DNA of 64,000 bases, from contig PBCF01000002.1 in the NCBI GenBank assembly GCA_002716945.1, positions 142,404 to 206,403 of the forward strand. Reading direction: 5' to 3'. A model generated the notes under the pieces. That model did no database searches, was not told where the DNA came from, and worked only from the letters and a program-made list of their open reading frames with translations. A program made the position numbers and the translations under genes. The DNA comes from Gammaproteobacteria bacterium (GTDB lineage: Bacteria; Pseudomonadota; Gammaproteobacteria; GCA-002705445; GCA-002716945). This document shows, in pieces, positions 30,643 through 42,105 of this stretch; the stretch's first letter is position 1; every line of letters begins with the position of its first letter.

Positions 30643-32898
30643 ATGACAAAAAAGGATAGCTCATTAAAAACTACACACAATAATATTGAAAAACTTTCTG
30701 TAAAAGATTTTACAGAACAAGCATATTTAAATTATTCCATGTATGTAATCCTCGATAGGGCATTACCAAATATTGCTGATGGATTAAAACCAGTTCAAAG
30801 AAGAATATTATTTGCTATGAATGAACTTTCACTTAAGTCAACTTCAAAATTTAAAAAATCAGCTAGAACTATAGGTGATGTTCTTGGAAAATTTCACCCA
30901 CATGGAGACACAGCATGTTATGAGGCAATGGTTATGATGGCTCAACCATTTTCATATAACCACCCATTCATAAATGGACAAGGAAATTGGGGGACTCAAG
31001 ACGATCCGAAATCTTTTGCTGCAATGAGGTATACAGAATCACGTTTAACTGAATTTTCCGATCTATTATTAGATGAAATAAGAATGGGAACAGTGGATTG
31101 GAATTTAAATTTTGATGGAACATTAGAAGAACCACAAATTCTACCATCAATGATACCAAATATTTTAATCAACGGAAGTAGTGGTATAGCTGTAGGTATG
31201 TCTACAGATATACCATCACACAATCTATCTGAAGTTCTTAGAGCTACAATAGCATTATTAGATAAACCGAAATCATCGATCAAAGAAATCAGATCTCATT
31301 TGATTGGGCCAGATTTTCCTACTGGAGGTGAACTAATTTCTAATGACTCAGAGCTAAATGATATATATGAGCATGGAACAGGGAATATAAAAATAAGAGC
31401 AACATATAGCGCAAAGGGAAAAGAAATCGTTATAAACTCTATACCTTATCAGGCTACTATTTCAAAGATTATCGAACAAATACAGGAACAAATATATACC
31501 AAAAAAACAAAATTCATCGATTCCATTGAAGATGAATCTGATCAAGAACATCCAGTTCGTCTTGTTTTAAGGACTAAGGGTAGATCATTCGCTAGCGAAG
31601 ATGTTATGTCACATCTTTTTTATACAACAGATTTAGAAAAGAATTATAGAGTAAATATGAACATGATTGGCTTAAACGGAAAACCTCAAGTCAAAAATAT
31701 CATAGAAATCATTTCTGAATGGATTAAATTTAGAAAAAACACTATTACTAGAAAACTAGAATGGGAATTAGATAAAGTAAAAAAAAGAATACATATACTC
31801 AAGGCGTACATTATTGTATACACAAATTTAAACGATATTATCAAAATTATAAGAAACAAAGATAATCCAAAAGTTATTTTGCAAAAGCGTTACAAATTTA
31901 CTGATACTCAATACGATGCAATTATTGATATGAAAATAAGAAGTTTGGCGAAATTGCATGAGATAGAAATTAATAAGGAACTTGATATATTATCTACTCG
32001 TGAAAAAGATATATCTTCTATATTGTCATCTAAAGCAAAATTAACCAAACTGATAAAAGATAATTTAAAAAATATATCTCAAAAATATCACAGAGAAAGA
32101 GTTACCAACATTGTACAATCACAACCAGCTAAAGCTATTAAAATTTTACCGACTATATCAAAAGACCCAGTTAGTATAATTTTATCTAAAAATGGATGGG
32201 TTAAAGTTGTCAAAGGACATGATATTGATCTCAAACTTATTTCTTATAAAACTGGGGATAATTATTTATCACATATTACCAGTAACTTAAATGAACAAAT
32301 TTCTTTCTTTGATCAAAGAGGTTCTGTTTATAGTGTTGAAATTTCCAATTTACCTTTAAGCAGAGGGCATGGAGAGCCACTGAGTAAATTTTTTGCTATT
32401 TCTGATGGAACATCATTTGTGGGGTTAACTAATATAGATAAAAATAAAGCTATCTTAAACGCTTCAAGTCAAGGCTATGGTTTTGTTTGTTTGTATGAAG
32501 ATATAATTGCGCCTAGAAAAAAGGGAAAAGTTTTATTACGCACAAAAGATTCAAATGCTTTACACCCAGTAACATTAGATTTAGATGTTGATAACTATTA
32601 TATTGTTATCACAAGTGAGAATTATATGTTAATAGGAGAACTCAAAGAATTACCAATTCTTAATAAAGGGAAAGGAGTTAAATTGATAAACTTATCTAAC
32701 ACGCAAAATGAGACCATAATTTTTTTAGGTATTTTAAGAAATGGGCAATCTTTGTCAATAATTAGTGAAACTAAAAGAACCAAAACTCTAGACTTTGAAA
32801 TTCTCAAAAAATATATAATGAAACGCACTAGAAGGGGTAAAAAAATTGAACAAAAGTTTTTGCATCGAACCGGCAAATCAAATTATAATATAAATTAA
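30643..32898 (+). CDS. parC: DNA topoisomerase IV subunit A
   Basis: 751 aa; active-site region and [17 protein letters not shown]; sits directly after parE. Confidence 0.93.
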   Translation: MTKKDSSLKTTHNNIEKLSVKDFTEQAYLNYSMYVILDRALPNIADGLKPVQRRILFAMNELSLKSTSKFKKSARTIGDVLGKFHPHGDTACYEAMVMMAQPFSYNHPFINGQGNWGTQDDPKSFAAMRYTESRLTEFSDLLLDEIRMGTVDWNLNFDGTLEEPQILPSMIPNILINGSSGIAVGMSTDIPSHNLSEVLRATIALLDKPKSSIKEIRSHLIGPDFPTGGELISNDSELNDIYEHGTGNIKIRATYSAKGKEIVINSIPYQATISKIIEQIQEQIYTKKTKFIDSIEDESDQEHPVRLVLRTKGRSFASEDVMSHLFYTTDLEKNYRVNMNMIGLNGKPQVKNIIEIISEWIKFRKNTITRKLEWELDKVKKRIHILKAYIIVYTNLNDIIKIIRNKDNPKVILQKRYKFTDTQYDAIIDMKIRSLAKLHEIEINKELDILSTREKDISSILSSKAKLTKLIKDNLKNISQKYHRERVTNIVQSQPAKAIKILPTISKDPVSIILSKNGWVKVVKGHDIDLKLISYKTGDNYLSHITSNLNEQISFFDQRGSVYSVEISNLPLSRGHGEPLSKFFAISDGTSFVGLTNIDKNKAILNASSQGYGFVCLYEDIIAPRKKGKVLLRTKDSNALHPVTLDLDVDNYYIVITSENYMLIGELKELPILNKGKGVKLINLSNTQNETIIFLGILRNGQSLSIISETKRTKTLDFEILKKYIMKRTRRGKKIEQKFLHRTGKSNYNIN

Positions 32899-32899
32899 T

Positions 32900-33817
32900 A
32901 TGAAGCGAATATTTTTTTTCATCATTGTCAATATAGCAATACTACTTGTATTAAGTATATTCCTGTATTTGATTGGATTTGAAGGAATTCTCCAGCAAAA
33001 TGGAGTTGATCTGAACTATCATTCTCTTATGATTTTTTCACTGGTATTTGGAATGGGAGGGTCATTCATATCATTGTATATGTCTAAATGGATGGCTAAA
33101 TCACTAGCTGGTGTTCAAATAATAAAATTACCAAGAAATGATTTTGAAAAATGGTATTTTGAAACAGTAAAAAAACAATCAAATATTTTAGATTTAAAAA
33201 TGCCAGAAATAGGAATTTTTCAATCTGAAGCGCCAAATGCTTTTGCAACGGGTGCATCAAAGAATAGTTCTTTAATTGCTTTAAGTACAGGACTAATAAG
33301 TAAGATGAATAAATCTGAAGTTGAAGCTGTGATTGGCCATGAAATGAGTCATGTTGCGAATGGAGATATGGTGACACTTAGTCTTATACAAGGAGTTATT
33401 AATGCGTTTGTAATATTCTTTTCTAGAATTATTGGACATTTTGTAGATAGAGTAATTTTAAAAAATGATCGAGGTTATGGAATTGGTTATTTCTTTACCG
33501 TTATTTTTGCGCAAATAATTTTAGGTATATTAGCATCAACTATTGTTTGTTGGTATTCAAGAATGAGAGAATTTAGAGCTGATATAGGCGGAGCACAACT
33601 AAGTGGTAAGGAAAATATGATATCAGCATTAAAGGCACTAGAGAAATTCAGTGCAGCTAAATTGCCCGATCAAATGTTAGCATTTGGTATTTCAAATAAA
33701 GGTCAAACTTCTACATTTCAAAAATTATTCTCCACTCATCCTCCATTAAGAAAAAGAATACAAGCTCTAGAAAATAAAAACATTACAACAATAACCAATC
33801 AACACCCGGCTGCTTAA
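32900..33817 (+). CDS. htpX: Membrane-bound zinc metalloprotease HtpX
   Basis: HEMSHV zinc motif, M48 peptidase, TM segments. Confidence 0.88.
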   Translation: MKRIFFFIIVNIAILLVLSIFLYLIGFEGILQQNGVDLNYHSLMIFSLVFGMGGSFISLYMSKWMAKSLAGVQIIKLPRNDFEKWYFETVKKQSNILDLKMPEIGIFQSEAPNAFATGASKNSSLIALSTGLISKMNKSEVEAVIGHEMSHVANGDMVTLSLIQGVINAFVIFFSRIIGHFVDRVILKNDRGYGIGYFFTVIFAQIILGILASTIVCWYSRMREFRADIGGAQLSGKENMISALKALEKFSAAKLPDQMLAFGISNKGQTSTFQKLFSTHPPLRKRIQALENKNITTITNQHPAA

Positions 33818-34383
33818 TGGCTGAAAATACATCACCACTAAAAAATGGAAGTAAAGTTCTAATAGACAATCAACCTTATTTAATTTTAGAAACGGATTTT
33901 GTAAACCCAGGCAAAGGACAAGCATTTACACGTATCAAGATTCGTAATCTTTTGAATAATAAAGTACTTGAAAAGACCATAAAAATTGGAGAATCTCTGG
34001 CAGAAGCAGACATAACAAACAAGCCAATGCAATTTTTATACAAAGAGCAATCAAAACTAATATTTATGGATTTACAATCATATGAGCAAAATAGTGTTGA
34101 TATTGATACTGTTTCAATTAATATTGCTTGGCTACAAGAAGGAGAAGAGCGTGATGTTGTTATATGGAATGGAAACATAATACAAATAGAATTACCAAAA
34201 TATGTAAATCAAGTTGTAGTTTCGACTGAAGAAACAATTAAAGGAGATACGGTATCATCAACTTTAAAAGATGCAAAATTAGAAAATGGTATAGTATTAA
34301 AGGTTCCTATGTTTATCAAACAAGGTGAGTTGATAAGAGTTGATACACACACTTGTGAGTATTCATCAAGAGCAAAAGATTAG
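33817..34383 (+). CDS. efp: Elongation factor P (lysine-type loop PGKGQA)
   Basis: 188 aa, VNPGKGQAFTRIKIRNLL loop region and a C-terminal EYxSR motif. Confidence 0.9.
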   Translation: MAENTSPLKNGSKVLIDNQPYLILETDFVNPGKGQAFTRIKIRNLLNNKVLEKTIKIGESLAEADITNKPMQFLYKEQSKLIFMDLQSYEQNSVDIDTVSINIAWLQEGEERDVVIWNGNIIQIELPKYVNQVVVSTEETIKGDTVSSTLKDAKLENGIVLKVPMFIKQGELIRVDTHTCEYSSRAKD

Positions 34384-34767
34384 ATGTCAAAGATCCAAGA
34401 TAGAAAAAAACAAGCAATACAGCAAATTCAAGACGCAAAAGTAAAAACAAATAAATATATTGTAGCGGCAGTACTATGGTTTATTTCTAGTTTGTATATT
34501 TATTCTACAGACGTTGGCTTTTCTGATGTTTATTCTTGGAAACCTTTTGTGTTTTTTATAGTTGGCCCCATTTTTGCGGCTATGATTTTTGGTAATATTA
34601 TGTTTTACCTTCAAAGAATAATTGAAAAAACTGTCATTTCTTGGTTTGCACAATCTAGACCAATTTTAATAACACCAACTATAGTTTTCTTTTTCTTTTG
34701 TTTTATGGTTGCAATATTCATTATAATATTTAAATTTGCAGAAGCACTTCAATTGTTACTTAGTTAG
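34384..34767 (+). CDS. Small integral membrane protein of unknown function, start abuts the efp stop
   Basis: 127 aa, Lys-rich N-terminus followed by 3 predicted TM helices; no recognisable family. Confidence 0.45.
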   Translation: MSKIQDRKKQAIQQIQDAKVKTNKYIVAAVLWFISSLYIYSTDVGFSDVYSWKPFVFFIVGPIFAAMIFGNIMFYLQRIIEKTVISWFAQSRPILITPTIVFFFFCFMVAIFIIIFKFAEALQLLLS

Positions 34768-34852
34768 TAATTAGTGAATGTAAAGGGTAACTCTAACCAT
34801 TATATATAAATATTTCATATTGTAATTATAACAGAGATAGGTATAAGTTAAT

Positions 34853-35851
34853 TTATTCAGAAATCATATTTAACAATTTTAAATAGACATCTATATGGTT
34901 TCTACGGTTAAAAACACGCTTTACATGATCTTTGTGGTTTGAATTAGGGTTTAATTCTATACCCCATAATGCGTTTATATCATTAGGAAACATAGAATAG
35001 CGAACATCTATTATACGATTAGGAAATTTAGGAGATAAGGAAACATATCCATTTGAGAACCACCTAAAACGCTCAATATCTTTTGCTTGTTGCGAATTTT
35101 TATTTAACCATGGAAAGGATTTTTTTATATTTAATTTATTAACTTTAGTTCCTGGAATAATTTTTGTATTCAGTAATAACTTAACTGCATCAACATGATA
35201 TTGTGAATCAGTAGTATAAATAGTTTTCCACAATATTATATTTCCGAAACTTGGTTTAGCTATAATCTCTGTTGGTAAATGACCTCTACTATGAGCTAAA
35301 TCTAAAGCAATATTTTCTGCTCTATTTTTTTGGATATGCCCAAAAGAGTGATAAATTAAAATCCATATCAACGCATAATATGAATAAATTTTCTTTCTTT
35401 TAAACATAGCAAAAAAAATTAAAATAAATAAAGGTAAAGTAAAAATAGGATCAATTATAGAGATGGTATTCCAAGCTACACGATGATTGGATAATGGCCA
35501 AAACAGTTGTGTTCCGTATGAGGTACAAGAATCAAGAAATCCATGTGTAAGATATCCCAATGTGCAGTAAATATAGGTTTCTTTAAAAGAAATTTCTCTA
35601 TTTCTCAGAAACAAATAATAAAAAAATGAAGCACATATAAATCCTCCGATAGGTATAAAAAATATTGAGTGAGTGAACTGACGATGAAACTCTAACGAAA
35701 ATAATGGATCATGTTGTGACTTAATTAATATATCTAAATCAGGAGCCAGTCCTGAAAAGAATCCAAGTAATGTAGCTATTATATAATGTTTGCGTTTGGT
35801 TGGTTGCTGTGCTGCTACTGCTCCGACAACTCCTTGTGATAGAGGATCCAT
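34853..35851 (-). CDS. Membrane-bound metal-dependent hydrolase (YdjM/DUF457-like) with a roughly 130-aa C-terminal soluble extension
   Basis: N-terminal DPLSQGVVGA...HRQFTHSI and His-rich TM core typical of YdjM-family inner-membrane hydrolases; 332 aa. Confidence 0.55.
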   Translation of the reverse strand: MDPLSQGVVGAVAAQQPTKRKHYIIATLLGFFSGLAPDLDILIKSQHDPLFSLEFHRQFTHSIFFIPIGGFICASFFYYLFLRNREISFKETYIYCTLGYLTHGFLDSCTSYGTQLFWPLSNHRVAWNTISIIDPIFTLPLFILIFFAMFKRKKIYSYYALIWILIYHSFGHIQKNRAENIALDLAHSRGHLPTEIIAKPSFGNIILWKTIYTTDSQYHVDAVKLLLNTKIIPGTKVNKLNIKKSFPWLNKNSQQAKDIERFRWFSNGYVSLSPKFPNRIIDVRYSMFPNDINALWGIELNPNSNHKDHVKRVFNRRNHIDVYLKLLNMISE

Positions 35852-35859
35852 TTATTATT

Positions 35860-36222
35860 TTAGTTTCTCCTTTGTTTGTTAAGTATAAACCCATAAATTA
35901 ATATGTTTAAGATTATTAGTGTCCCACCAAGGTATATTTGCAAATCTTTTGTTAAACCTATTGGATAGACAATGGGCATTATATAGTGTTGAATAAACCC
36001 TTCAGAATAAGTTGTTTGATTGGCTTTATATAAAAGCCAATTTTCAAGGTGTGTAAGAGGACATGAAGAATGACTAAACATGATATAAGAACCCCAAATT
36101 AAAGCAGGAAAATGTATAAAGACAACCTTTTTTGAAATAAAAAACAACAATCCACCGAATATAACAAAGATAATAAAAGCGAAATGAATAATTAGTATTA
36201 GATTTGCTGCTAGTTCATACAT
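35860..36222 (-). CDS. Small integral membrane protein (DUF2784-like); the start is taken at the internal Met so it does not overlap tsaB
   Basis: About 120 aa, 3-4 TM helices, conserved CPLTxLExWL motif. Confidence 0.4.
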   Translation of the reverse strand: MYELAANLILIIHFAFIIFVIFGGLLFFISKKVVFIHFPALIWGSYIMFSHSSCPLTHLENWLLYKANQTTYSEGFIQHYIMPIVYPIGLTKDLQIYLGGTLIILNILIYGFILNKQRRN

Positions 36223-36271
36223 TATTCTATAAAATTGTATATAAAAATATCTTATTGTACTATGTCTATTT

Positions 36272-36937
36272 ATGAATATATTATCAATTGATACATCTAC
36301 AGACAAAGTTTCGGTCGCCCTAAAGATAAACAACAAGGTTGATGTGTTAGAAAACAATCAAAAAATTCGCGCAAGTCAAATTATACTATCAGTGATAGAT
36401 GAGATATTGAAGAAAAATAAAATTAAGAGTGAAGACTTAAAAGCTATAACCTTCAACAAAGGACCTGCAAGTTTTACCGGTACTAGAATCGCAGCGTCAA
36501 TAGCACAGGCCATTGGTTATTCAAATAATATCCCTGTTTTTGGAATTTCATCATTGAGTTTGATGGCGTATAGCACAAATGTAGAATATAAATGTAAAAA
36601 AATGCTTTGCGTAAAAAAAGCATTTGGTAATTTAGTTTATTGGGCAATTTTTGATATAGATAAATACAAATTTTCCCCTATATCAGGAAATCATTTAACT
36701 AATTTCAATGAAATACAAATTGATACAAAAGATAAATATTGTGTTGTGTCTGATTGCATGGATGAACTTTTTGAAAGTAAAAAACTAAACGATCCAAATA
36801 TTATAAAAATAAATTATACCGAGCATGAACCAGCAAAGAAGCTTATTAATTATGTTGTACAAGAAGATGATTTAGAAAAATCATTTAATTATGAGGATAC
36901 TCTTCCTGATTATGCCGGACATAGTATAAATGATTAA
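36272..36937 (+). CDS. tsaB: tRNA threonylcarbamoyladenosine biosynthesis protein TsaB (YeaZ)
   Basis: N-terminus ILSIDTSTDKVSVAL...FNKGPGSFTGTRIA (inactive Kae1 paralog fold), 221 aa. Confidence 0.8.
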   Translation: MNILSIDTSTDKVSVALKINNKVDVLENNQKIRASQIILSVIDEILKKNKIKSEDLKAITFNKGPASFTGTRIAASIAQAIGYSNNIPVFGISSLSLMAYSTNVEYKCKKMLCVKKAFGNLVYWAIFDIDKYKFSPISGNHLTNFNEIQIDTKDKYCVVSDCMDELFESKKLNDPNIIKINYTEHEPAKKLINYVVQEDDLEKSFNYEDTLPDYAGHSIND

Positions 36938-37794
36938 TTTTTCGATTCTCCTATAATTTCACCAACTCTAATTGATTTGCCACGTTTTATATTTGATGAA
37001 AAAATAATGTTTTGATCAAATAATAAAATTACGCATGAACCTGTTTTGAACATGCCAACTTCATCGCCTTTTTTAAAAGATATAGATTTCCTTGAATAGT
37101 TAGTTACAATTGTTTTTTTTGGATAGGGAGGAGAGATTTCACCTTTCCAGACAACTTCTATAGACGAGACATTAATTGCTCCGACAAGAATTACAGAAAA
37201 ATTTGTTAAATTATTTTTGAAGTTACATATTAATCTTTCGTTTATTGAATATAAATTTTTTATCACTTTGACTCCATGCGAGGCTACACTAAATAATCTA
37301 CCAGGGATATGAATGGTTTTATACAAGTTGCCTTCATAAGGCATGTGGACACGATGATAATCCTTGGGTGAAAGATAAAAGGTTATATAACTTCCATCCT
37401 TATATGAAAATGATAATTCTTTGTCATAGTTTAATAAGCTTTCAATTGAAATATGTTTCCCTTTAACTTGTAAAATTAGATTATTTTTTATTCTTCCAAA
37501 TTCTAGTATTTTTCCATCGCAGGAAGATGTTATACATTTTTTTCTAGTGTCAATTTTATGTATATTTTTTTTTAACTTTCTTGTAAAAAAATCACAAAAA
37601 GTTTCATAATCTTCAGCAGATGTAAATTCACATTCATTCATATTTACTTTAAACATCTTTATGTATATTTTTATCAAAACATTCTTCAGAGGGTGTTTTG
37701 TTCTTGTTAACACATAAGTACATCTTGAAACAAGATGATGAGGAAGGATATATAACCAATATGCTTTAATGAAGTCTTTTATGTTGCTTATCAT
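36934..37794 (-). CDS. psd: Phosphatidylserine decarboxylase proenzyme
   Basis: 286 aa, C-terminal FKxGS self-cleavage motif region. Confidence 0.85.
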   Translation of the reverse strand: MISNIKDFIKAYWLYILPHHLVSRCTYVLTRTKHPLKNVLIKIYIKMFKVNMNECEFTSAEDYETFCDFFTRKLKKNIHKIDTRKKCITSSCDGKILEFGRIKNNLILQVKGKHISIESLLNYDKELSFSYKDGSYITFYLSPKDYHRVHMPYEGNLYKTIHIPGRLFSVASHGVKVIKNLYSINERLICNFKNNLTNFSVILVGAINVSSIEVVWKGEISPPYPKKTIVTNYSRKSISFKKGDEVGMFKTGSCVILLFDQNIIFSSNIKRGKSIRVGEIIGESKN

Positions 37795-37898
37795 AATTAC
37801 TTTTATAATAATTTAATTATTAGTGTAAATATTATATAATGTTACAGCAAATATATGATATTTGTTAATTATTTAATCGTTCAATACTTCTTATTATT

Positions 37899-38960
37899 AT
37901 GTCAGGCAATACATTTGGAAAAATATTTACATTAACAACATTCGGCGAAAGTCATGGCAAAGCGCTTGGCTGCATTGTTGATGGATGCCCTCCTAATATG
38001 AAATTAGATGAGTCTGACATTCAAATTGACCTCAACCGAAGAAAACCTGGTCAATCTAAATATACGACTCAAAGAAAAGAGAGTGATACTGTTGAAATTT
38101 TATCAGGTATTTTTGAAGGAAAAACAACCGGCACACCAATTGCTTTAATAATCTATAATGAAGATCATAAACCAAAAGATTATTCGGAAATTAAAGAAAA
38201 ATTTAGACCTGGGCACGCTGATTATACCTATACCCAGAAATATGGTATACGAGATTATAGAGGGGCTGGACGTTCCTCAGCAAGGGAGACTGTCGCAAGA
38301 GTTGCTGGTGGTGCAATTGCAAAAAAATACTTACAAGAATCTATTGGTATAAAAATTTTAGGTTATGTTTCTCAAATAGGCATTCACAAGCCTAAAAAAA
38401 TAGATATTCTATCTGCAAATAAAAATGATTTCTTTTTTCCAGATTCAGATATGATTCCAACTTTAGAGCAATATATTGACGAAATAAGAAAAGATGGTGA
38501 CTCAATAGGGGCTGAAGTCACAATTGTTGTACAAAATATGAAACCTGGATTAGGAAACCCAGTTTTTGATAAATTAGATGCTTTGCTTGCATATGCAATG
38601 ATGTCAATTAATGCAGTTAAAGGCGTTGAAATTGGTAGTGGTTTTGATGTTATAAAAATGAAAGGATCAGAATCTAGAGATGAAATTACTACTAAAGGTT
38701 TCCAGAGCAATAATGCAGGTGGAACTTTAGGTGGCATTTCAACTGGACAAGATTTAATAATTAAATTGGCTTTAAAACCAACATCAAGTATTTTAAAATC
38801 CGCTAAAACAATTAATCAGGATAATCAGGATACAACTATTTCGACTAAAGGTAGACATGATCCATGTGTAGGTATACGCGCTACTCCTATAGCAGAAGCA
38901 ATGGCCGCACTAGTGCTTTGTGATTTATTTTTGCGACATCGAGCTCAAATCAAAGAATAA
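37899..38960 (+). CDS. aroC: Chorismate synthase
   Basis: GESHG N-terminus, 353 aa. Confidence 0.93.
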   Translation: MSGNTFGKIFTLTTFGESHGKALGCIVDGCPPNMKLDESDIQIDLNRRKPGQSKYTTQRKESDTVEILSGIFEGKTTGTPIALIIYNEDHKPKDYSEIKEKFRPGHADYTYTQKYGIRDYRGAGRSSARETVARVAGGAIAKKYLQESIGIKILGYVSQIGIHKPKKIDILSANKNDFFFPDSDMIPTLEQYIDEIRKDGDSIGAEVTIVVQNMKPGLGNPVFDKLDALLAYAMMSINAVKGVEIGSGFDVIKMKGSESRDEITTKGFQSNNAGGTLGGISTGQDLIIKLALKPTSSILKSAKTINQDNQDTTISTKGRHDPCVGIRATPIAEAMAALVLCDLFLRHRAQIKE

Positions 38961-38982
38961 TAAAATTTATGTTGGATTTAAT

Positions 38983-40386
38983 ATGAAACAAACTTTGTAC
39001 GACAAAATTTGGGATGAACATCAAGTATTAGTGAATAATGACCAATCATCACTTTTATATATAGATAAACATCTAATACATGAAGTGACATCACCACAAG
39101 CTTTTGATGGATTATCTATGCAGAAAAGAGATGTTTGGAATACTGAAACAATAGTTGCGGTATCGGATCATAACGTCCCTACGACTAATAGAAATTTAGG
39201 AATTACGGATAAAATATCTAAATTACAAGTTGAGACATTAATTAATAATTGTAAAAAGCACAATATAAATTATTTTGACTTGAATGATATTAACCAAGGA
39301 ATTGTTCATGTAATAGGTCCAGAGTTAGGAATTACACAGCCGGGTATGACTTTAGTTTGCGGAGATTCACATACATCAACTCATGGGGCAATAGCTGCAC
39401 TTGCATTTGGTATTGGAACTAGTGACGTTGAACATGTTTTAGCTACACAATGTATAAATTTAAAAAAAGAAAAAAATTATAAAATATGTATTAATAATAT
39501 TCTAAATGATCATGTAACTTCTAAAGATCTTATACTTTATATAATTAAAACCATAGGCACATCGGGTGGCACAGGTTATACATTTGAGTTTATGGGAGAT
39601 TGTATTGATAATTTATCTATAGAAGCTCGAATGACTATTTGTAACATGAGCATAGAGGCTGGTGCTAAATCAGGTTTGATAGCATTTGATGACACTACTT
39701 TAAATTATTTATTAAAAAGAAAAAATTGTCCTTCAAAAATATATATTGATAATGCCATCAAGTATTGGGAAACCTTGCATAGTGATGAGGGAGCAGTTTT
39801 TGAAAATGAAATAGTTATAGATGCAGATAAAGTTACACCACAAGTAACATGGGGAACATCGCCTGAAATGGCATTATCTATTAATGAAAAGATCCCAAAT
39901 CCTGAAAATTTTAAAACTATTGATAAACAACAATCATACCAAAGAGCTCTCGATTATATGGGCCTTCAGCCCAATCAAGACATAAAATCTATAATGTTAG
40001 ATAAAATATTTATTGGATCTTGCACTAATTCTCGTATTGAAGATCTTCGGATGGCTGCCCAAATAGTTTCAGGTAAAGAAATTGCAAAAAATATAAAACA
40101 AGCCATAGTAGTTCCGGGATCAGGACATGTTAAAGCGCAAGCTGAATCCGAAGGAATTGATCAAATATTTATTCAATCTGGTTTTGAATGGCGCGATCCT
40201 GGATGTTCTATGTGTTTAGGAATGAATGAAGATCAATTAGAACCTTATGAAAGATGTGCATCAACTTCTAATAGAAATTTTGAGGGTAGACAGGGAGATA
40301 AAGGTAGAACGCATTTAGCAAGCCCTGCTATGGTTGCTTTAGCTGCAATCAAAGGACATTTTGATGATATTACCGAACATATGTAA
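38983..40386 (+). CDS. leuC: 3-isopropylmalate dehydratase large subunit
   Basis: Aconitase-family domain; start taken at [13 protein letters not shown], downstream of the aroC stop. Confidence 0.92.
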   Translation: MKQTLYDKIWDEHQVLVNNDQSSLLYIDKHLIHEVTSPQAFDGLSMQKRDVWNTETIVAVSDHNVPTTNRNLGITDKISKLQVETLINNCKKHNINYFDLNDINQGIVHVIGPELGITQPGMTLVCGDSHTSTHGAIAALAFGIGTSDVEHVLATQCINLKKEKNYKICINNILNDHVTSKDLILYIIKTIGTSGGTGYTFEFMGDCIDNLSIEARMTICNMSIEAGAKSGLIAFDDTTLNYLLKRKNCPSKIYIDNAIKYWETLHSDEGAVFENEIVIDADKVTPQVTWGTSPEMALSINEKIPNPENFKTIDKQQSYQRALDYMGLQPNQDIKSIMLDKIFIGSCTNSRIEDLRMAAQIVSGKEIAKNIKQAIVVPGSGHVKAQAESEGIDQIFIQSGFEWRDPGCSMCLGMNEDQLEPYERCASTSNRNFEGRQGDKGRTHLASPAMVALAAIKGHFDDITEHM

Positions 40387-41033
40387 TGAAAAAAACAATT
40401 ATTAAAGGTCAAGTCATCCCTATTAATGAATCTAATATTGATACAGATATAATAATTCCTAAACAATATTTGAAATCAATAAAGAAAACAGGATTTGGTC
40501 CTTATCTATTTGATTCATGGAGATATGAAGAGCCTGGAGAATTAGACTCTAAAGTTAGTAGAACTCCTAAATCAAAGTTTATATTGAATAAAAAACCATA
40601 TTCCAATGGCAAAATATTATTAGTTGGAGATAATTTTGGTTGTGGATCATCAAGAGAACATGCAGTTTGGGCTATCAAAGATTATGGGATTGATGCTGTA
40701 ATATCACCTTCATTTGCTGATATTTTTTTTAGAAATAGTATTAAGAATCAATTGTTGCCCATAAAACTCGAAAAACAAAATATTATTAATCTTTTTTCTG
40801 AGTGTTTGTCATCTAACCAATATGAATTGACAATTGATATTGAAAAACAGACAATTACATCTCCAAATAATGAAATAATAAAATTTGATATAGATGCAAA
40901 TGATAAAGACAGAATAATGTTTGGATATGACGATATTGAACTTACATTGAAAAATAAAGATAAAATCCTATCTTACGAAAATAATATGAAAAAAAATAAA
41001 CCGTGGTTATTTAAGAGAGATAATGAAAAATAA
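40386..41033 (+). CDS. leuD: 3-isopropylmalate dehydratase small subunit
   Basis: Aconitase swivel domain, 215 aa, follows leuC. Confidence 0.9.
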   Translation: MKKTIIKGQVIPINESNIDTDIIIPKQYLKSIKKTGFGPYLFDSWRYEEPGELDSKVSRTPKSKFILNKKPYSNGKILLVGDNFGCGSSREHAVWAIKDYGIDAVISPSFADIFFRNSIKNQLLPIKLEKQNIINLFSECLSSNQYELTIDIEKQTITSPNNEIIKFDIDANDKDRIMFGYDDIELTLKNKDKILSYENNMKKNKPWLFKRDNEK

Positions 41034-42105
41034 TATATTGTTGTTACCAGGTGATGGTGTTGGCCCTGAAGTTATGTCTGAGGCAGTGAAATTAATTGAT
41101 TGTTTCAATTCACATAAGTTGACTAATATAAATTATGAATATTCTGATATAGGAAGTATTGCTCTTGATAATTATAATGCTCCATTACCAGAAATTACAC
41201 TTACAAAGGCATTAAAAGCTGATTGTGTTCTCTTAGGTGCTATTGGAACACCTAAACATGATAATAATCCGCGAGAATTAAAACCAGAATATGGACTCCT
41301 TTGTCTGAGAAAAGCGTTAAATTTATATGTAAACGTAAGACCTATTATGTCCTTTGAAGCTTTGTCTGATAGTTCAACATTGAAATCTGAAGTTATAAGT
41401 AATATGGATATTTTGATAATAAGAGAACTTATAGGCGACATATACTTTGGAGAACCACGTGGTTTTAATACTGATTCCGATGATGTGTATGCATATAACA
41501 CAATGAAATATTCAAAAAACGAGATCACGAGAATTGCTAACTTTGCTTTTGATGCGGCAATGCATAGATCTAAGAAAGTTACATCTGTTGATAAGGCCAA
41601 TGTCCTAGAAACATCCCAGTTATGGCGTGAAACAGTAACTGACATAGCTTCATCAAATTATAATAAAATTAATCTGAATCATATGTATATAGATAATGCG
41701 GCTATGCAATTAATAAAAAACCCGAAACAATTTGATGTGATTTTGACTAGTAATATGTTTGGAGATATATTGTCAGATGAAGCATCTATGCTTACTGGAT
41801 CAATTGGCATGCTACCATCAGCTTCTCTATCAAATAAATATGCCTTATATGAACCTATACATGGATCAGCTCCTGATATTGCTAACAAAGGGACAGTAAA
41901 TCCTCTTGCAATGATATTGTCATGTGCAATGATGTTTGAATTTACTTTTAATAATATAAAACTATCTAATCTGATTAAAAATGCAGTAAATGATGTTTTG
42001 AAAAATGGTATCATGACCCAAGATATATCAGCTTCTAATGATTATATATCTACAAGCGAGATGGGCGATAAAATTGTTGAATATGTAAGTAAAAGTGTTA
42101 AATAA
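41023..42105 (+). CDS. leuB: 3-isopropylmalate dehydrogenase
   Basis: Isocitrate/isopropylmalate dehydrogenase family, 360 aa. Confidence 0.92.
   Translation: MKNNILLLPGDGVGPEVMSEAVKLIDCFNSHKLTNINYEYSDIGSIALDNYNAPLPEITLTKALKADCVLLGAIGTPKHDNNPRELKPEYGLLCLRKALNLYVNVRPIMSFEALSDSSTLKSEVISNMDILIIRELIGDIYFGEPRGFNTDSDDVYAYNTMKYSKNEITRIANFAFDAAMHRSKKVTSVDKANVLETSQLWRETVTDIASSNYNKINLNHMYIDNAAMQLIKNPKQFDVILTSNMFGDILSDEASMLTGSIGMLPSASLSNKYALYEPIHGSAPDIANKGTVNPLAMILSCAMMFEFTFNNIKLSNLIKNAVNDVLKNGIMTQDISASNDYISTSEMGDKIVEYVSKSVK

Noticed and set aside
38920-38982. Upstream extension of leuC overlapping the aroC 3' end (ORF track start 38920)
   Set aside because: The conserved LeuC N-terminus begins at the internal Met ([10 protein letters not shown]), located just after the aroC stop. 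The extension has no homology and would be translated from within aroC.
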